Below are positions 1-13,879 of a DNA stretch of 64,000 bases, one piece after another. Source of the DNA: Octopus vulgaris (taxonomy: Eukaryota); the NCBI GenBank assembly GCA_951406725.2, contig OX597820.1, positions 96,720,001-96,784,000 on the forward strand, in the 5' to 3' direction. The translations under genes and the position numbers were made by a program. Each line of letters begins with the position of its first letter. Positions within the stretch are counted from its first letter, which is position 1. The notes below the pieces were generated by a model. The model was not told where the DNA came from. It did no database searches and saw only the letters and a list, made by a program, of their open reading frames with translations.

Positions 1-522
1 ATCTATTTATGCACTAATTCCAGTTTCATTTTCCAATGAGCAATCCCATTGTTTGTTAAATGGTGCTAGTATGAAGGATATTTCAGTGAAGGCCCTATAA
101 GACAAATATCTGGCCTAGTAGATTAGAGGCAAGAAAATAAAATTTTGTCCTCAGAAGTCGACGCTGTGACTTTTTTTTAATTCATTCGACTGAAAATTCT
201 TCAAGGTAGTGCCCCAACATGGCCACAGTCTAATGACTGTAAATGAAAGCAAAAGGTGAAAGATGTGTAATGAAAGTAAAAGGTGAGAAAGTAAAAAGAA
301 AACAATAAATAGCCGTAAAATATAACAGTGGGGCTTTTGTCCACTTTCACATTTTAACTTTGGGGCTCTTGTCCGTGGGGCTTTTGTGCTGGCGGGGGGG
401 GGGGGGGTCTTGTCCTACACTCATAATAAACATATACACACATATATTTGGAGAGTGTGAACAAGGAATGACTTAGTTTGTATTAGCTGGTGTATGTAAC
501 TGTGTCCGCGCGCTTGTGTGTA

Positions 523-980
523 TCTATTATATAAAATCCGTTCTGTCTGTCTGTGTGTGTGTCTTCTAGGATCTCGGGCATCCTTCTTCCGATTGCGCTC
601 AAATTTGATATGTAGATACCGACGGTATCAGGGCGTTTATAAGTCTTGAAAAAATTACAAAAATCGATTCCAGGTGAGAATGCGATCGATAAAGCCGTGG
701 GAACGTGCATTTGTACGCGCAAGTACATCAGCTGTTGCGATGTACTTACTGGTACTTTAAACTCTTCGGTTGCATATTTGTGTGAATAAAATCGTTTTTC
801 TTTAGAATAGAAAAAAAAGTCTATCTTTATTTCTTCTTTTGCTGGTGTCTCAAATTTAGGTTAAATCAGTGTTTCTCAAAGGGGAGGCCTATGGGACGGT
901 TGGTCAAGTTGTTTTGAGAAAATTTGGTTTAAATGTCTGACAACTCAGCACCGTCCATTGGACGGGGGGCGTTTTGCTCG
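523..980 (+). mobile_element. Non-autonomous Helitron-like element
   Basis: Starts TCTATTATATAAAA. Ends with hairpin CCGTCCATTGGACGG followed by CTCGT, a variant of CTAGT. Confidence 0.55.
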
Positions 981-996
981 TATATAGATAGATATA

Positions 997-2992
997 TCTA
1001 TATATATAAAACTGAAATGCGTTTTTACCGCTTGGATCGCTTTCAATGCCACTACATCCCGTCCGGTTCGCTCCAAAATTTACAGGGACATGTAGAATGA
1101 GGTGACGATGTTCGTGGGCTACCTTAGAAATCCCTATCTTAAAAGGTGTGGTTGCTAGGGCCCATCTTCCTCACTCACGCTATTTCCTCCTTTCCCTCTC
1201 TTACTCCCCTTCATTTATAACATTGAGAAGTCCACTCCAGTTATTTAATGTATTCCCCTCAACTCCCTTTCACTTTCCCTTTATAAGTTCGTCAGGCGGC
1301 CTTCTTTGATGTATCTGTTTGCATTCATAGGGAGAATTATCATCGCCACAATTTATGTATATGTCTTCCTCACTCACTCACTCTTTTTCCTAATGATAAT
1401 TATCATCACCACCACCACCACCACCAACACACAATACTCACTCTATTTCATACAAACGGCCTTCTCTTATGTATCTGTCTGTGTGAAAGAGAGAGATAAC
1501 TGAAATTTTTTACTCGGTTTTTGTAGTGCGTGCGTGTGTATGCATGTATGTGTATATGTATGTATGCATGTATTTGTGTGTGTGTATGTATCTATGTATG
1601 TGTGTGTGTGTGTGTGTGTGTGCGTATGTATGTGTATGTGTGTATGTGTGTGTATGTATGTGTGAGTGTGCATGTATGTATGTACCTTTGCCTGTTTATG
1701 TAACGGTCTGCTATGTAGAAATGAGGTTGACTCAATGGAAATGCATACATACACACACACATACATACACACACATACACACATACATACACTCACATAC
1801 ATACACATACATACACACACACATACATAGATGCAGACCTATGTTAAAAGTGCTGGCAAGTTTGCATGACAACTATTTTTTTTCCTCAAATGAAAGGCGT
1901 AACCTCTAGGACAAAATTCCTCATCTTATAAAATGTGGCCCCAGTACACCCGAATGAAATCGCGTTATATTAACCAAAATGTGAAAAGGGGTATAAATGG
2001 GGCTGGAAGGGGATTAAAATTTAAAGGAGCGGGTGTTTAGGAATTCTCTGTTACATCAAGCTAAAAAATTTGCGCCAGCCTTTTAATCGTCAATGTGTTG
2101 CCGTCCATGATGGAGAAGTTTTGAATGCTTGCCATGGTGAGTCTACTGTTGTGAAAAAGAATCACTTCAAAACTTGGTGTTTAGGGATTTTCTTTTACAT
2201 CAAGTTCAAAATTTTACGCCAGCCGTTAAACTATCAAAACGTTGCTGTCCGTCGTTAAGAAATGCCAGACATGCTGACTCTACTACCCTCAGATTCTATC
2301 CCTTCAAACTTTGGTTTCCAATATTTTATTATTTTCATTCAGCTCGTAAGTTCGTCTGTCCCTTTTAAATGTTAGTCTTTTGCTGTCTGCCTTGAAGCAG
2401 ACCTTTCCGTTGTTACTGCCTGATATTTATGATTGATCTTTCTAAATATTTTATTTCTCAACTTACTCAAGATATTTTGTTGTTTATAAATGGGAGAGAG
2501 ATAGATAAAGATAGAGAGTAAGAGAAAGCGAGGGAAAGTCCGAGAGAAAGGAAGAGTAAGAGAATGGGGAAAGTGAGAGAGAAAGGAGAGAGAAACAAAG
2601 AGGGAAAATCATCATCATCATCATCATCATCGTTTAACGTCCGTTTTCCGTGCTAGCACGGGTTGGACAGTTTGACCGGGGTCTGGGAAGCCAGGAGGCT
2701 GCACCAGGCTCCAGTCTGATCTGGCAGTATTTCTACAGGTGGATGCCCTTCCTAACGCCAACCACTCTGTGAGCGTAGTGGGTGCATTTTTCGTGCCGCA
2801 GGCACAGGTGCCAGGGGGGCTGGCAATGGCCACGATCGGTTGGTGCTTATTACGTGTCACTGGCACAGAAGCCAGTCAAGGCGGCGCTGCAATCCGCCAC
2901 GTTCGGATGGTACTTTTTACGTGCTGAAAGGAAGCAACAGAAAGTAACAACCACACTCTTACCCGCGCGTAGAGCGGGTCACCTTCAGCTAG
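997..2992 (+). mobile_element. Non-autonomous Helitron-like element with nested microsatellites and a SINE
   Basis: 5' TCTATATATATAAAACTGA. 3' hairpin ACCCGC...GCGGGT (2961-2979) then CTAG|T. A similar 5' end (TATATATAAAACTGAG) follows immediately at about 2994. Confidence 0.6.
2610..2920 (-). mobile_element. SINE 3' portion with (GAT)n tail
   Basis: Minus strand reads GTTGGCGTTAGGAAGGGCATCC...CCAACCCGTGCTAGCACGGAAAACGGACGTTAAAC(GAT)n. Resembles Meta-domain/RTE-tailed SINEs; family assignment is from recall. Confidence 0.55.
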
Positions 2993-3242
2993 TATATATA
3001 TAAAACTGAGAATGTGTTTTTGTCTGTATGTGTGCATCACTAAAACTCGAGAACTACCCGACCGATTACACTCAAATTTTACACATGCCTCACTTAGGGT
3101 CCTGCCTAATGCGAGCCCTGAGAGATCTCTTACCTCTTATGCTATTTCAGTATTATGTGTCAAAAGAGAAACCATAATATCTCTATTGTAATGTGAGATA
3201 CTTTCAATTTCATAGTTTCACTATTAATACTGAAACTATTCT

Positions 3243-3979
<737 letters not shown>

Positions 3980-4647
3980 TCCTGATTCACCTTCTGTTTC
4001 TACAGGTGGTTTTGTTACTTGTTTCTCTTGCTTGTTCTTCTGAAATCAATATTTTATAAATTGACAACTTTTCTATAGTGTCGTAATTATAACCAATATA
4101 TTCCCCCCTTATGATATTGGCAGTTATTGGTGTAACTCTGTTAATTGGCTCTTTTGTTTTCGTACGTCGGATGGATGCGACTCTTATCGTGCGACTTATC
4201 ACTTGGATTGGAAAATGGGTTGTGAAGAGGGGTGGTGTCATATCGGTACCTATTCTCTATCCTATCATTTCCCTAGTTGCTGTCTCTGGTTGTCTGTTGT
4301 TGGTGGTGGTCTGTGTTGGCTTGTATGTTTTCATGGTTGCTGTCATTGCTATCCCAATTATTATCGTTATTCTTATAGTTGTGATTGTGGTTGTCGGTCT
4401 TGTTCCTGGTGGTTTTCTCATTGTGTGTGCGGATATCGTTATTCGTGTTGCTGTTGTCTTTGTCACACCAGCTAGTGGTGGTGGTGTTATCGCTGGTTCA
4501 AGTGTTGAGGTTTGTGGTCTTTGTGTCTTTCGTTGTGTTGACCTCTCCGTTCTCATTTTTACTGCTGCTGCTGCTACTCTGGGCACTTAGTTTTGCATGC
4601 TTGTCTTTGTGTTCGTTCTTTGGTGTCGTTGTTGTTGCCGTTGCTGT

Positions 4648-5038
4648 TGGTTTGTTTGTTTGTTGAGCAAAGCGGTCTTCGTCCCAGAGCTCGCAAGCTG
4701 TAGTGGGAGAAGTCCGAAACATGGTCCTTTGCTATTCGTAAGACCCGCAGAAGAGAAAGCAGGTCAACCCCCGACACCGAGGGCATCGACGGGATGGATG
4801 AATGCGCATCCAGGCTCAGCGGTTGCGTAGGAAGTCGGGGACAAGAGACAGGGAGAAAGAGTGAGAGAAAGTTGGAGCGAAAGAGTACAACAGGGGTCGC
4901 CACCCACCCCCCTGCCGGAGCCTCGTGGAGCTTTAGGTGTTTTCGCTCAATAAACACACAACGCCCGGTCTGGGAATCGAAACCACGATCCTCCGACCGC
5001 GAGTCCGCTTCCCTAACCATTGGGCCATTGTGCCTCCA
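4648..5038 (-). mobile_element. tRNA-derived SINE, family S3 (tRNA-Arg-like head)
   Basis: Minus strand GGAGGCACAATGGCCCAATGGTTAGG (A box), GGACTCGCGGTC, GGTTTCGATTCC (B box), (AAAC)n tail. Confidence 0.8.
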
Positions 5039-5520
5039 CTTGCCGTTGCTGTCGTTCTTAGTGGTGCCAATGTTTGGTATGTTGACCCTCGCCTACATTT
5101 TCTTTTCTGTTGCTGCTGCTGCTGTTCTTGACCCTTACTTTAATACTGTTCTTGTATCTTTGTGTGTTCGTTTGTGGTTTTGCCATCGTGACTATGTTTG
5201 TTGGTTTGCACCATAACAGTAACTTCACAAACTGCTGCAACAGCATGAACAACATCATGTAGGAGAAAATATGGGTGATGTGGGGGGTCGGCATGTCGGG
5301 TATTGGTGCCATTGGGAGCGATGGTGGCGGTGGCGACGGCGATACTGTGGGGGGAGGTGACGAACACAAAATACAGAACGACACAACGACGCAGTGAAAG
5401 AAATGAGGACGGAGAGAAGGCCAACGGGACGAGGGATGCAGGGACCACGGGCCCCAACACTGGAACCAGCGATAACACCGCCAGCAGCTGGAGTGACGAG
5501 GACAGCAGTGACATTAATAG

Positions 5521-6119
5521 CTATTTCTTTACTACCCACAAGGGGCTAAGCACAGATGGGACAAGCAAGGACAGACATAGGTATTAAGTCGATTACATCG
5601 ACCCCAGTGCGTAACTGGTACTTAATTTATCGACCCCGAAAGGATGAAAGGCAAAGTTAACCTCGGCGGAATTTGAACTCAGAACGTAACAGCAGACGAA
5701 ATACCTATTTCTTTATTACCCACAAGGGGATAAACATAGAGGGGACAAACAAGGACAGACATAGGTATTAAGTCGATTACATCGACCCCAGTGCGTAACT
5801 GGTACTTAATTTATCGACCCCGAAAGGATGAAAGGCAAAGTTAACCTCGGCGGAATTTGAACTCAGAACGTAACGGCAGACGAAATACCTATTTCTTTAT
5901 TACCCACAAGGGCTAAACATAGAGGGGACAAACAAGGACAGACATAGGTATTAAGTCGATTACATCGACCCCAGTGCGTAACTGGTACTTAATTTATCGA
6001 CCCCGAAAGGATGAAAGGCAAAGTTAACCTCGGCGGAATTTGAACTCAGAACGTAACGGCAGACGAAATACCACTAAGCATTTCGCCCGGCGTGCTATCG
6101 TTTCTGCCAGCTCGCCGCC
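5521..6119 (-). mobile_element. SINE family S1 trimer (one head plus 3 x 183-184 bp)
   Basis: Unit boundaries at 5521, 5705 and 5889. Head GGCGGCGAGCTGGCAGAA at 6119. TSD GTGACATTAATAG at 5508-5520 and 6122-6134. Confidence 0.9.
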
Positions 6120-6770
6120 TTGTGACATTAATAGCGACGGCCACACCTGCAATGAGAGAAGCTGGTGGGGGCAGGACTAGTAGCAGTGATCGTGACTATA
6201 ACAGTAGGGATGATAATGACAGCAACATCGAAAAACAACGGTGAGGGCATGCAGGCCAGCACGTTACTGACAACAATAATACATATGGAGACACCGACGC
6301 CACAAGCAACAGGCAGCCGGGGAGGTGGTGGCTGGGGAAGTGATGAAATAGAAAATAGTACAACAGATATAAATGACACTAATCTGCTTCACATCCTGTT
6401 TTTTTCAATCAAGGTGATATGTCGTGCGATATGAATCGTATTTATCCGACAATTCTTTATCAACAAAAGAATTTGTATCTCACATCAGGCAGACGACGAC
6501 GTGGAGGCGCACTTCACCATAGCTGGTAGAAGACTTGGACTGATTTTGGAGCGGTGCATTGGGGGACAATGGGAGGTGGGCACAGAAACTCGATAAGAGA
6601 TCCGCAAGTGGCCTGCATTATTTAAATTGTATAAATATTCAACTCGTCATTTATCTGTTGAAAGGTTTCGGCGGGTGGGGATGGGGTGGAATATTCTGGA
6701 AACGCTACGATCACTTTAGTCGCATCAAAAACTCATAGCAATTGTTTTTTTTTAAACGAGGACCACTGCT

Positions 6771-7850
6771 GATTCTTTATTCACAAAGGGACTAAACAAA
6801 GAGGGGACTGCACAGGACATTACAAAGTGGGGTAAAATCGAATGAAAAATGAATGATTATATAAGGTAAAAGATGAAATGACGGTTACCGAGCCCCACGA
6901 CCCAGGCAACATCATTGAACATTTTTTACAATGTACATAAATTTTCAAAGTTATTTTTACTTTGCTTGAAGTTACTACAGTTTTTATCATTTCTTTTCAT
7001 TTTTTTGAGAATTTATTTCTCTCTGCAGTTACTTGCTCTTGTGGGTTTGTGTATTCGTGATTTTTCACTCTTTTTGTTTATGGGAGGGAGAGAACTTTTC
7101 ATTCACCATCACTTACCTCTGTAGACATTGATATTAATGGTGTGTCATCTTTTGTCGTGACCATTTCTCTCTCCATCACCTCCTCCTGCTTCTCCCCTTG
7201 GACCTCCTCTTCACCTTTCCCCCTGCTACACACTGGCCCCCTCCCGACTTTCTCCCTGTGCTTCAGGTTGTAGGGCCTGGGGGGGCACGTTTTACTTATG
7301 TGCCCCTTCTGTCTGCACCCGAATTCTGCCCTGAGCGGTGACTTTTAACTTCGTTTCATCCGGAAGAATGACAAATTCCGGTATACCATCAATGTCTGCT
7401 GGTATGGCTTGAATCGTTGCTCTTAAGCCTCTGCCACACTAATTCTGAACACTTCTCTCCTCAAACTCCCAAAGTGTCACCTCCTTTGTTGGCGAAGGCG
7501 GCTGCCAGGAGCCATATCGGTTTAATTGCCGATGCGAACCCTTCTATCGTTATTTTTGTTCTTTTACCGAAGTATGTCGGCAAAAGAGTCAGTCCTTTAG
7601 TCTGCAGGGTGATTGCTAAGTAAACCCTGGCATCATTCTCAGCTATAAACTGAGCTTCACCGTACCATATTTCCTTCCACGTCTCACAGATGCCAGTTTG
7701 TACATAATAGGCTCCAATGCTTTCTATCTCTTCTATGGACGTTATCTCTATTTTTTTAGTCTTCAGTGACAGCGTCCTGTAGATCACCGTTTTGCTCTTC
7801 ATTTCCTCCATTACCTCTTTGGAGGGAGTAACTTTACGTTAGCTCTCTCC
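6771..7850 (-). mobile_element. ORF1-only non-LTR element (L1/Tx1-like), degenerate
   Basis: ORF 7461-7811 followed by a degenerate zinc knuckle (EFGCRQKGHISKTC, 7285-7326), then a LINE-type 3' end (...CCCCTCTTTGTTTAGTCCCTTTGTGAATAAAGAAT). No ORF2 seen. Confidence 0.55.
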
Positions 7851-8215
7851 CCGCGAAAAATTGTTTGAAAATCCGCCCAGGGCTGTTAAACGGAAAATTC
7901 TATTTTACAAAGCTATTTTTTGGCTTAAATAACTTCCCAGCAGTAAAATGAGTTTTGGTATCACCACAATGGCTAGCATCTACATTTTTATTGCCAACAA
8001 AATCTATGGTTGAAATCGGAGGCATTTGCAATTTCACAGAGGGTATTTTCCTCCCTTTGAGTGCCCTAATCGCAATGGAAAGGAAATTTTATGTAGCTCA
8101 TCATCTTTCTCGTAAAATTTTACATGAGAATACATTGTTTTTATGTATCTTTTATTCCCTTTCGTCCTATTGATGTACAGACACAAAAAACACAGACGTT
8201 GAGCTTTATTATATA

Positions 8216-8294
<79 letters not shown>

Positions 8295-8296
<2 letters not shown>

Positions 8297-9670
8297 AGAC
8301 TAGAAACTAGACGGAAACTTAATGGACAGGAAATATAGACAAAGACACGATATACGGAATATACGCAACCGAGTTTTCCTCGTCAGTCAAAAAGTCAAAA
8401 TATCATAGTGATTTCACGCCATTATCATTGAGACCACTCAATCTTGGAGGTGCAAGTGCTGTTATCAAGCTACTGGGGAAAAGCTACTGAATGCACACTT
8501 AGAAACAAACAGGACATTATATAAATACAACAGACGAAGAATTATGCATATATAACAGCAGCTTATATACAACAGAAGAATATATATATATACAACAGAA
8601 GAAATAATAATAATTATTAAACAAATACTACAAATACAACAGAAAGAGCTTTACAGCTATCGCACGAACTTAGTGGGGTTGCGCAAGGTGAAATTGATTA
8701 AGTCCTAATGGACGTAGCAGGAACCTAGACCAGCATGACCAGTCTGGTGTCAAAGGCAGGGAGAAAACGAACAATACCGCCTTCACCAGACACCGGTCAC
8801 GTGGTAGGGAAGAGGAAGTATAGAGGGAAGGAAAGAATGGGATACAGTGAGAGAGAGGGAGAGAGAGAGGGGGAGAGAACGAAGGAGCAAAGGGAGTGGA
8901 GAAACAGAGTGAAAAAGAGAGAAGAGAAGGGTACAAGGAAAGCAAGCAAGGGTGGAAAGAGAGGGTAAGAGTGGAGAAAAAGATGGAGTAAGAGTAGAGG
9001 TGGAAAGAGATGGAGTAAGAGGGGAAGAGAGGGACAGAAAGAGAGAGAACAGAAAGAAAGGGAGACAGAGAAAGAAGAAAAATGTACAAGGGAGGCAAAC
9101 AAGAGCGGAAAGAGAGAGTAAGAGTGGAGAAAGAGATAGAGTAAGATTAAAGAGAGTTAAGAGTCGCACAATAAATATTCAAAGAATATTTTTTTTTACA
9201 ATAAAGTAAACAAGCAATAAAGTAAACAAGCAGCCGTTAGATGTATCAATTATTGGTCCTTTCAAGAAAGCCCTTCGTGCTGAATGGGAGAACTGGTTTT
9301 CAAATGGCAAAAAAGGAGTATACAAATAAAGGATATCGCAAAAAAACTTTCTTATCAAGAGATAGTGAACTTTGTGACCCAAGCTGTTGCCACTTTAAAT
9401 AAAGAAACTATAAAGCGTGCTTTTGAATGTTGTGGAATTGCTCCTCATGGACAGGTGTGCGTTGCGTGCGCTACATGGATGTATCAAGGGTTGAAGAGAT
9501 AGAACACAAGGAGAAAAAGTCAGGCGAAAGCAGAGAAAACGGGAAGCTAGACGAAAACTTAACGGACGGGAAATATAGACAGACACGATACACGGAATAT
9601 TCGCAGCTGAGTCTTCGTAGTCAGATCAAAATATCATAGTGGTTTTGGCGCATTATCATTGAGACCTCTC
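8295..9670. repeat. Diverged direct repeat pair of about 145 bp (8295-8440 and 9530-9670)
   Basis: Shared CTAGACG.AAACTTAA.GGAC.GGAAATATAGAC...CAAAATATCATAGTG...CATTATCATTGAGACC.CTCA. Confidence 0.75.
9228..9455 (+). mobile_element. pogo/Tigger transposase C-terminal remnant
   Basis: Translates to QPLDVSIIGPFKKALRAEWENW and, after a frameshift, ETIKRAFECCGI; both are typical pogo DDE C-terminal motifs. Confidence 0.8.
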
Positions 9671-9767
9671 ATATATGTATGTATGTATGTATGTATGTAT
9701 TATGTATGTATGTATGTATGTATGTATGTATGTATGTATGTATGTATGTATGTATGTATGTATGTAT

Positions 9768-10320
9768 GTCAGGTCACTTTCGTGTGCTACTGGTAATATG
9801 TAACCCAGTACAACCTGTTGCATGGTCGGGTCGTCGGCGACTAAACCGGCAACCTCACCAAGCTTGCTTGGTGAGGAGGATGTTTATTGGATACCCAGCG
9901 GGATGAAAAACAAAACCCGTCAAAGGGCGGAGGAACTCTTGAGAGTCAACGGCCATCCAATAAATGTCTTAAGGCTGTATCATGCGCGGGGACATAGAAA
10001 TAATCGGACTGAATACCCGATCGCGCGGTTAAACCATTGGGAGTGAAGGACTCCTAGCCATTGTTAGGGCATCCTTCTAGGAGAAGGTAACTCAGGTAAC
10101 TGAGATAACTCCGACATAAAACCTGCGGCTCAGTGGTTACCGATGATGTTGACTTGTTCTTTTTTTCGGATTATGGCTGCTGTTGCATAGTGAGTGGGAT
10201 TGACTCAGTGCACAGCCTTTCCTCACTTTAAAAAAATCTTCTTGCACAGGCATTGCACGATAACAACATTCATTAAGCTTCGTGCAATGGCCATACTCGA
10301 TAACGAGTGAATAGCCACTA
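9768..10320 (+). mobile_element. Non-coding RTE-derived element inserted in (TATG)n
   Basis: RTE 5'UTR-like motifs (AAACCCGTCAAAGGGCGGAGGAA, CTAGGAGAAGGTAACTC). 3' end ...CGAGTGAATAGCCAC followed by (TATG)n. (TATG)n on both sides. Confidence 0.5.
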
Positions 10321-10604
10321 TGTATGTATGTATGTATATTTCTTGAACATTTTAGAGATTGCATAAAAAGAGTTTCAAATATTAAGAAGCTCAAGATCTC
10401 AGGACATGAAAATTAAAATATCAAATCAAGCACAGAATAGAATGAGTTCAGAGGAAACAATGAAATATTTTTGTATTAACGAAGCAACGGTAAGAACGAA
10501 AAAAAGAACGAAAGCTAAACCAAAGCCTACATAATAGTTTCAAACTTTCACACAAAGGCAGCAATTTTAACGGAGGGGTAAGTTGATTACATCGGTTCCA
10601 TTGA

Positions 10605-11045
10605 CTGACTTGACAGCATTCACCCGGGGTGGGTTGAGCTGGCTTCATTCATCCTCAATGCTGCATCTCTCACAAACGCCAACCAGACCTGGCGATTTAA
10701 GGCTAACGACCGCGTGATCTCCAACCACTCCTTATTCCAGCGGCGAACGCTGTAGATACGGGGGCCTAGATTGGGTTCCAGATCAGCCTTGACTGTCATC
10801 GGCCAGGTTTTTCGTTGTCCACCACATCGCTTTCGCCAAACCCTGAAGGGGAACTGGGGCAATTGCTTCGTAGATGAATTCTCCTGGTTGACGACGGAGG
10901 GCATGACCCAGCCAACGCAGACGTCTCGTTAGGATGACTTGACGGAGGGAGGTGATTCTGCACTGGTGTCGCACCGAATTGTTGGAGACAAAGTGATGCC
11001 ATCGGACACGAAGGATGCGGCGTAGATAGAGGTGATCGAAGGTTC
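10605..11045 (-). mobile_element. RTE-clade LINE 3' fragment
   Basis: FDHLYLRRILRVRW...VSN...RRLRWLGHALRR is the RTE post-RT signature. Confidence 0.85.
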
Positions 11046-11221
11046 CATTGTTCACCTGGTACTTATTTTACTGATCCCGAAAAAATGAAATGTAAAGTTG
11101 AACACGATAGAATTTGAACTCATAATAGCCAGGTCTTCGGTAACATTAAAACACACATTATGCAAATGTGGATAGAGAATTACCTAAAGTATGTGTAATA
11201 TAGTTTAAAACTCTAATATTA

Positions 11222-11440
11222 CGGCGGCTAGCTTGGCAGAATCATTAACTCGTTAGGCAAAATATTAAGCGGCATTTCATCAGTCTTTAAGCTCTGAGTA
11301 CAAATTCCGCTGAAGCCAACTTAGTCTTTCATCTTTTCGGGGTCGATAAAATAAGTACCAGCTGACCACTGGGATTGATGCAATCGACTAACCCCCTCCC
11401 CCGAAATTGCTGGCCTTGTACCAAAACTTCAAACCAATGT
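11222..11440 (+). mobile_element. Diverged S1-type SINE
   Basis: Degenerate head and TTTCATCTTTTCGGGGTCGATAAAATAAGTACCAG core. Confidence 0.7.
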
Positions 11441-11687
11441 ATTATATACATACATGGGCATACACACATCCTAAGTTCAAATTCCGTTGGGGTCAACTTT
11501 GCCTTTCACCCATCTGGAATCGATATAACCAGTCATGCAGTAGAGTCGATGGTGTCGACAAACGCCTTTCGCTTCAAAATTATTTATTTCTTGTCTACAT
11601 CATAAACTATATTCTTTATCACTGTTCACGTATAAAACAAATTATTGTTTTAGTAAATGTCATTTTTTTCTTTTGCTTGAAATAGTG

Positions 11688-12105
11688 GGATCTTTTCGGC
11701 TTGAACGGCAGTTTTTAACATAATTTCTAGGTAACTAAAAAAGTGTAAACTTCGTATACTGCTAGAAAGTGTTTATAACACATCTTTTCTCTTGGCTTTA
11801 TTGAGAAAATTCTATAGTTTGTAAGATATTTGTAAGATATTTTCTTCAATTTTGGCAATTTCAACCAATCAATGACGTGTATTTGAGGTGAAAACATTCT
11901 GTGCCGTATGAATATGTCCCTCGTTTAAGAAACAGATTGGGTTTATTTACATTTGTGAAGAAAAAAAAGATACCCTTCCACCCTACCCCTAACCCTAACC
12001 CTAAAACAGATTGAAATGCAATAGATCGATACTAGGGTCATAATTATGGGTGACAATTTCATATGACACCGCTAGAAAAAACTGCCGTTCAAACCGAAAA
12101 GATCC
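11688..12105. mobile_element. Merlin-like MITE, copy 1
   Basis: TIR GGATCTTTTCGG(C/T)TTGAACGGCAGTTTTT at both ends, internal CCCTAA repeats. Highly similar to 61608-62036. Confidence 0.8.
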
Positions 12106-12427
12106 AAACAATGTAAATGTTGTCATTTTTTTCTTTTGTTTGAAATAGTGTTCTGTGTGTCAATTACTGAAGCTCACTGTAGGATTTATTTTCATTTTCT
12201 TTTTTTTTTTTTCATCCTAGTGTGCACAGTAGCTAAGAAATATATATATAGCACGACGGTTAGATCTCTCTATTAGTTCGATACAACATTTACTCATCCA
12301 ACCGCTCACTCAGTCAAACATGATAGTTATTCACTGTAGTTCAAAGAATTAACCCAGCCCTTTGCTACTTCTGTCAACTTACAGCTTTCAATGGACTACT
12401 AAGTATTATAAATGCATATACTCGGAA

Positions 12428-12833
12428 GGCGGCGAGCTGGCAGAAACGTTAGCACGCCGGGCGAAATGCGTAGCCGTATTTCGTCTGCCGTTACGTTGTG
12501 AGTTCAAATTCCGCCGAGGTCGACTTTGCCTTTGCCTTTGCATCCTTTCGGGGGTCGATAAATTAAGTACCAGTTACGCACTGGGGTCGATGTATTCGAC
12601 TTAATACCTATGTCTGTCCTTGTTTGTTCCCTCTATGTTTAGCCCCTTGTGGGTAATAAAGAAACAGGCATTTCGTCTGCCGTCACGTTCTGAGTTCAAA
12701 TTCCGCTGAGGTCGACTTTGCCTTTGCAGCCTTTTGGGGCTACGCACTGGGGCCGATGCAATCGACTTAATCCCATTGTCTGTCCTTGTTTGTTCCCTCT
12801 ATGTTCAACCCCCTGTGGGCAATAAAGAAATAG
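12428..12833 (+). mobile_element. SINE family S1 dimer
   Basis: Head, B box GAGTTCAAATTCC, core and tail, then a second headless unit from about 12668 with an internal deletion. Confidence 0.85.
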
Positions 12834-13207
12834 AATATTTCAGAAATGAAAGATAAAGAATAAACGAATGATTGTAAATATTTGTTTGATAAAATATTAC
12901 ATGGGAACCCTTAAGAAAATATTCGAAAATAAAGGAAACATAATGAAAGCAATCACTTGTCTGGGGAAAACGTATCAAAGCAATCATTTGTTAAGTAATC
13001 TTTACTTAGGGTTTTTCTCCCCAAAGCAGATTATTTGTTCTGATTAAATTACCTCTACTTAAAACATTTTGTAACTAAAGCAATGTGCTTAAGCAACTTC
13101 AGACAAAATAGCCTTCAAATTCCTGAGAACATTGCAGCCTTGTTCACATTTAGCATTTGCTCAGTGGTTTCATGGCCAAACAAAAATGGTTTTCTTTTTA
13201 TTGTTAC

Positions 13208-13440
13208 GTGTGGCAGTGTGGTAAGAAGCTTGCTTCACAGCCACATGGTTCCGGGTTCAGTCCCGCTGCGTGCCACTTTGGGCAAGTGGCTTCTACTATA
13301 GCCTCGGGCTGACCAAAACATTATGAGTGGATTTAGTAGACGGAAACTGAAAGAAGCCCTTCGTATGTGTGTGTGTGTGTGTGTGTGTGAGTGTGTTTGT
13401 GTGAGTGTGAGTGTGTGTGTGTGTGAGTGTGTGTGTGTTT

Positions 13441-13504
<64 letters not shown>

Positions 13505-13685
13505 CTGCCTGTGTTTCTCTCCCCACCATCGCTTGATAACCGGTGTTGGTGTGTCTGCGTCACCGTATCTTAGCGGTTCGGCAAAAGAGATCTATAGAAT
13601 AAGTACTAGGCTTAATTCATTCGACTAAAAAAAAAACCAAAACAAGGCCGCAATCTAATGACTGAAATAAGTAAAAGGTAAAAGA
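13208..13685 (+). mobile_element. tRNA-derived SINE family S2 with internal (GT)n
   Basis: GTGGCAGTGTGGTAAG, GGTTCAGTCCC, TTGGGCAAGTG (CORE-like), purine-rich tail. Confidence 0.8.
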
Positions 13686-13879
13686 TTAATATGAAAAAGA
13701 AAGAAATCTATGAAGTAATGACACTGACTTTCCGGATAGCGATGGTCTGGAACCTCTTAAAATCGCACTAGCTTACGAGCAGGAACGAGCGGTCGCTGGA
13801 CTAGTTTACTGGTACTTTGCACAGTCATTATTGATAAATTTGTATCATATATACTAAATGAAATACAGATATCTGTATC

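Noticed and set aside
8365-8395. Minus-strand CTGACGAG-GAAAA-CTC as a hammerhead
   Set aside because: No GAAA box follows stem II, and the motif is absent from the paralogous copy near 9610.
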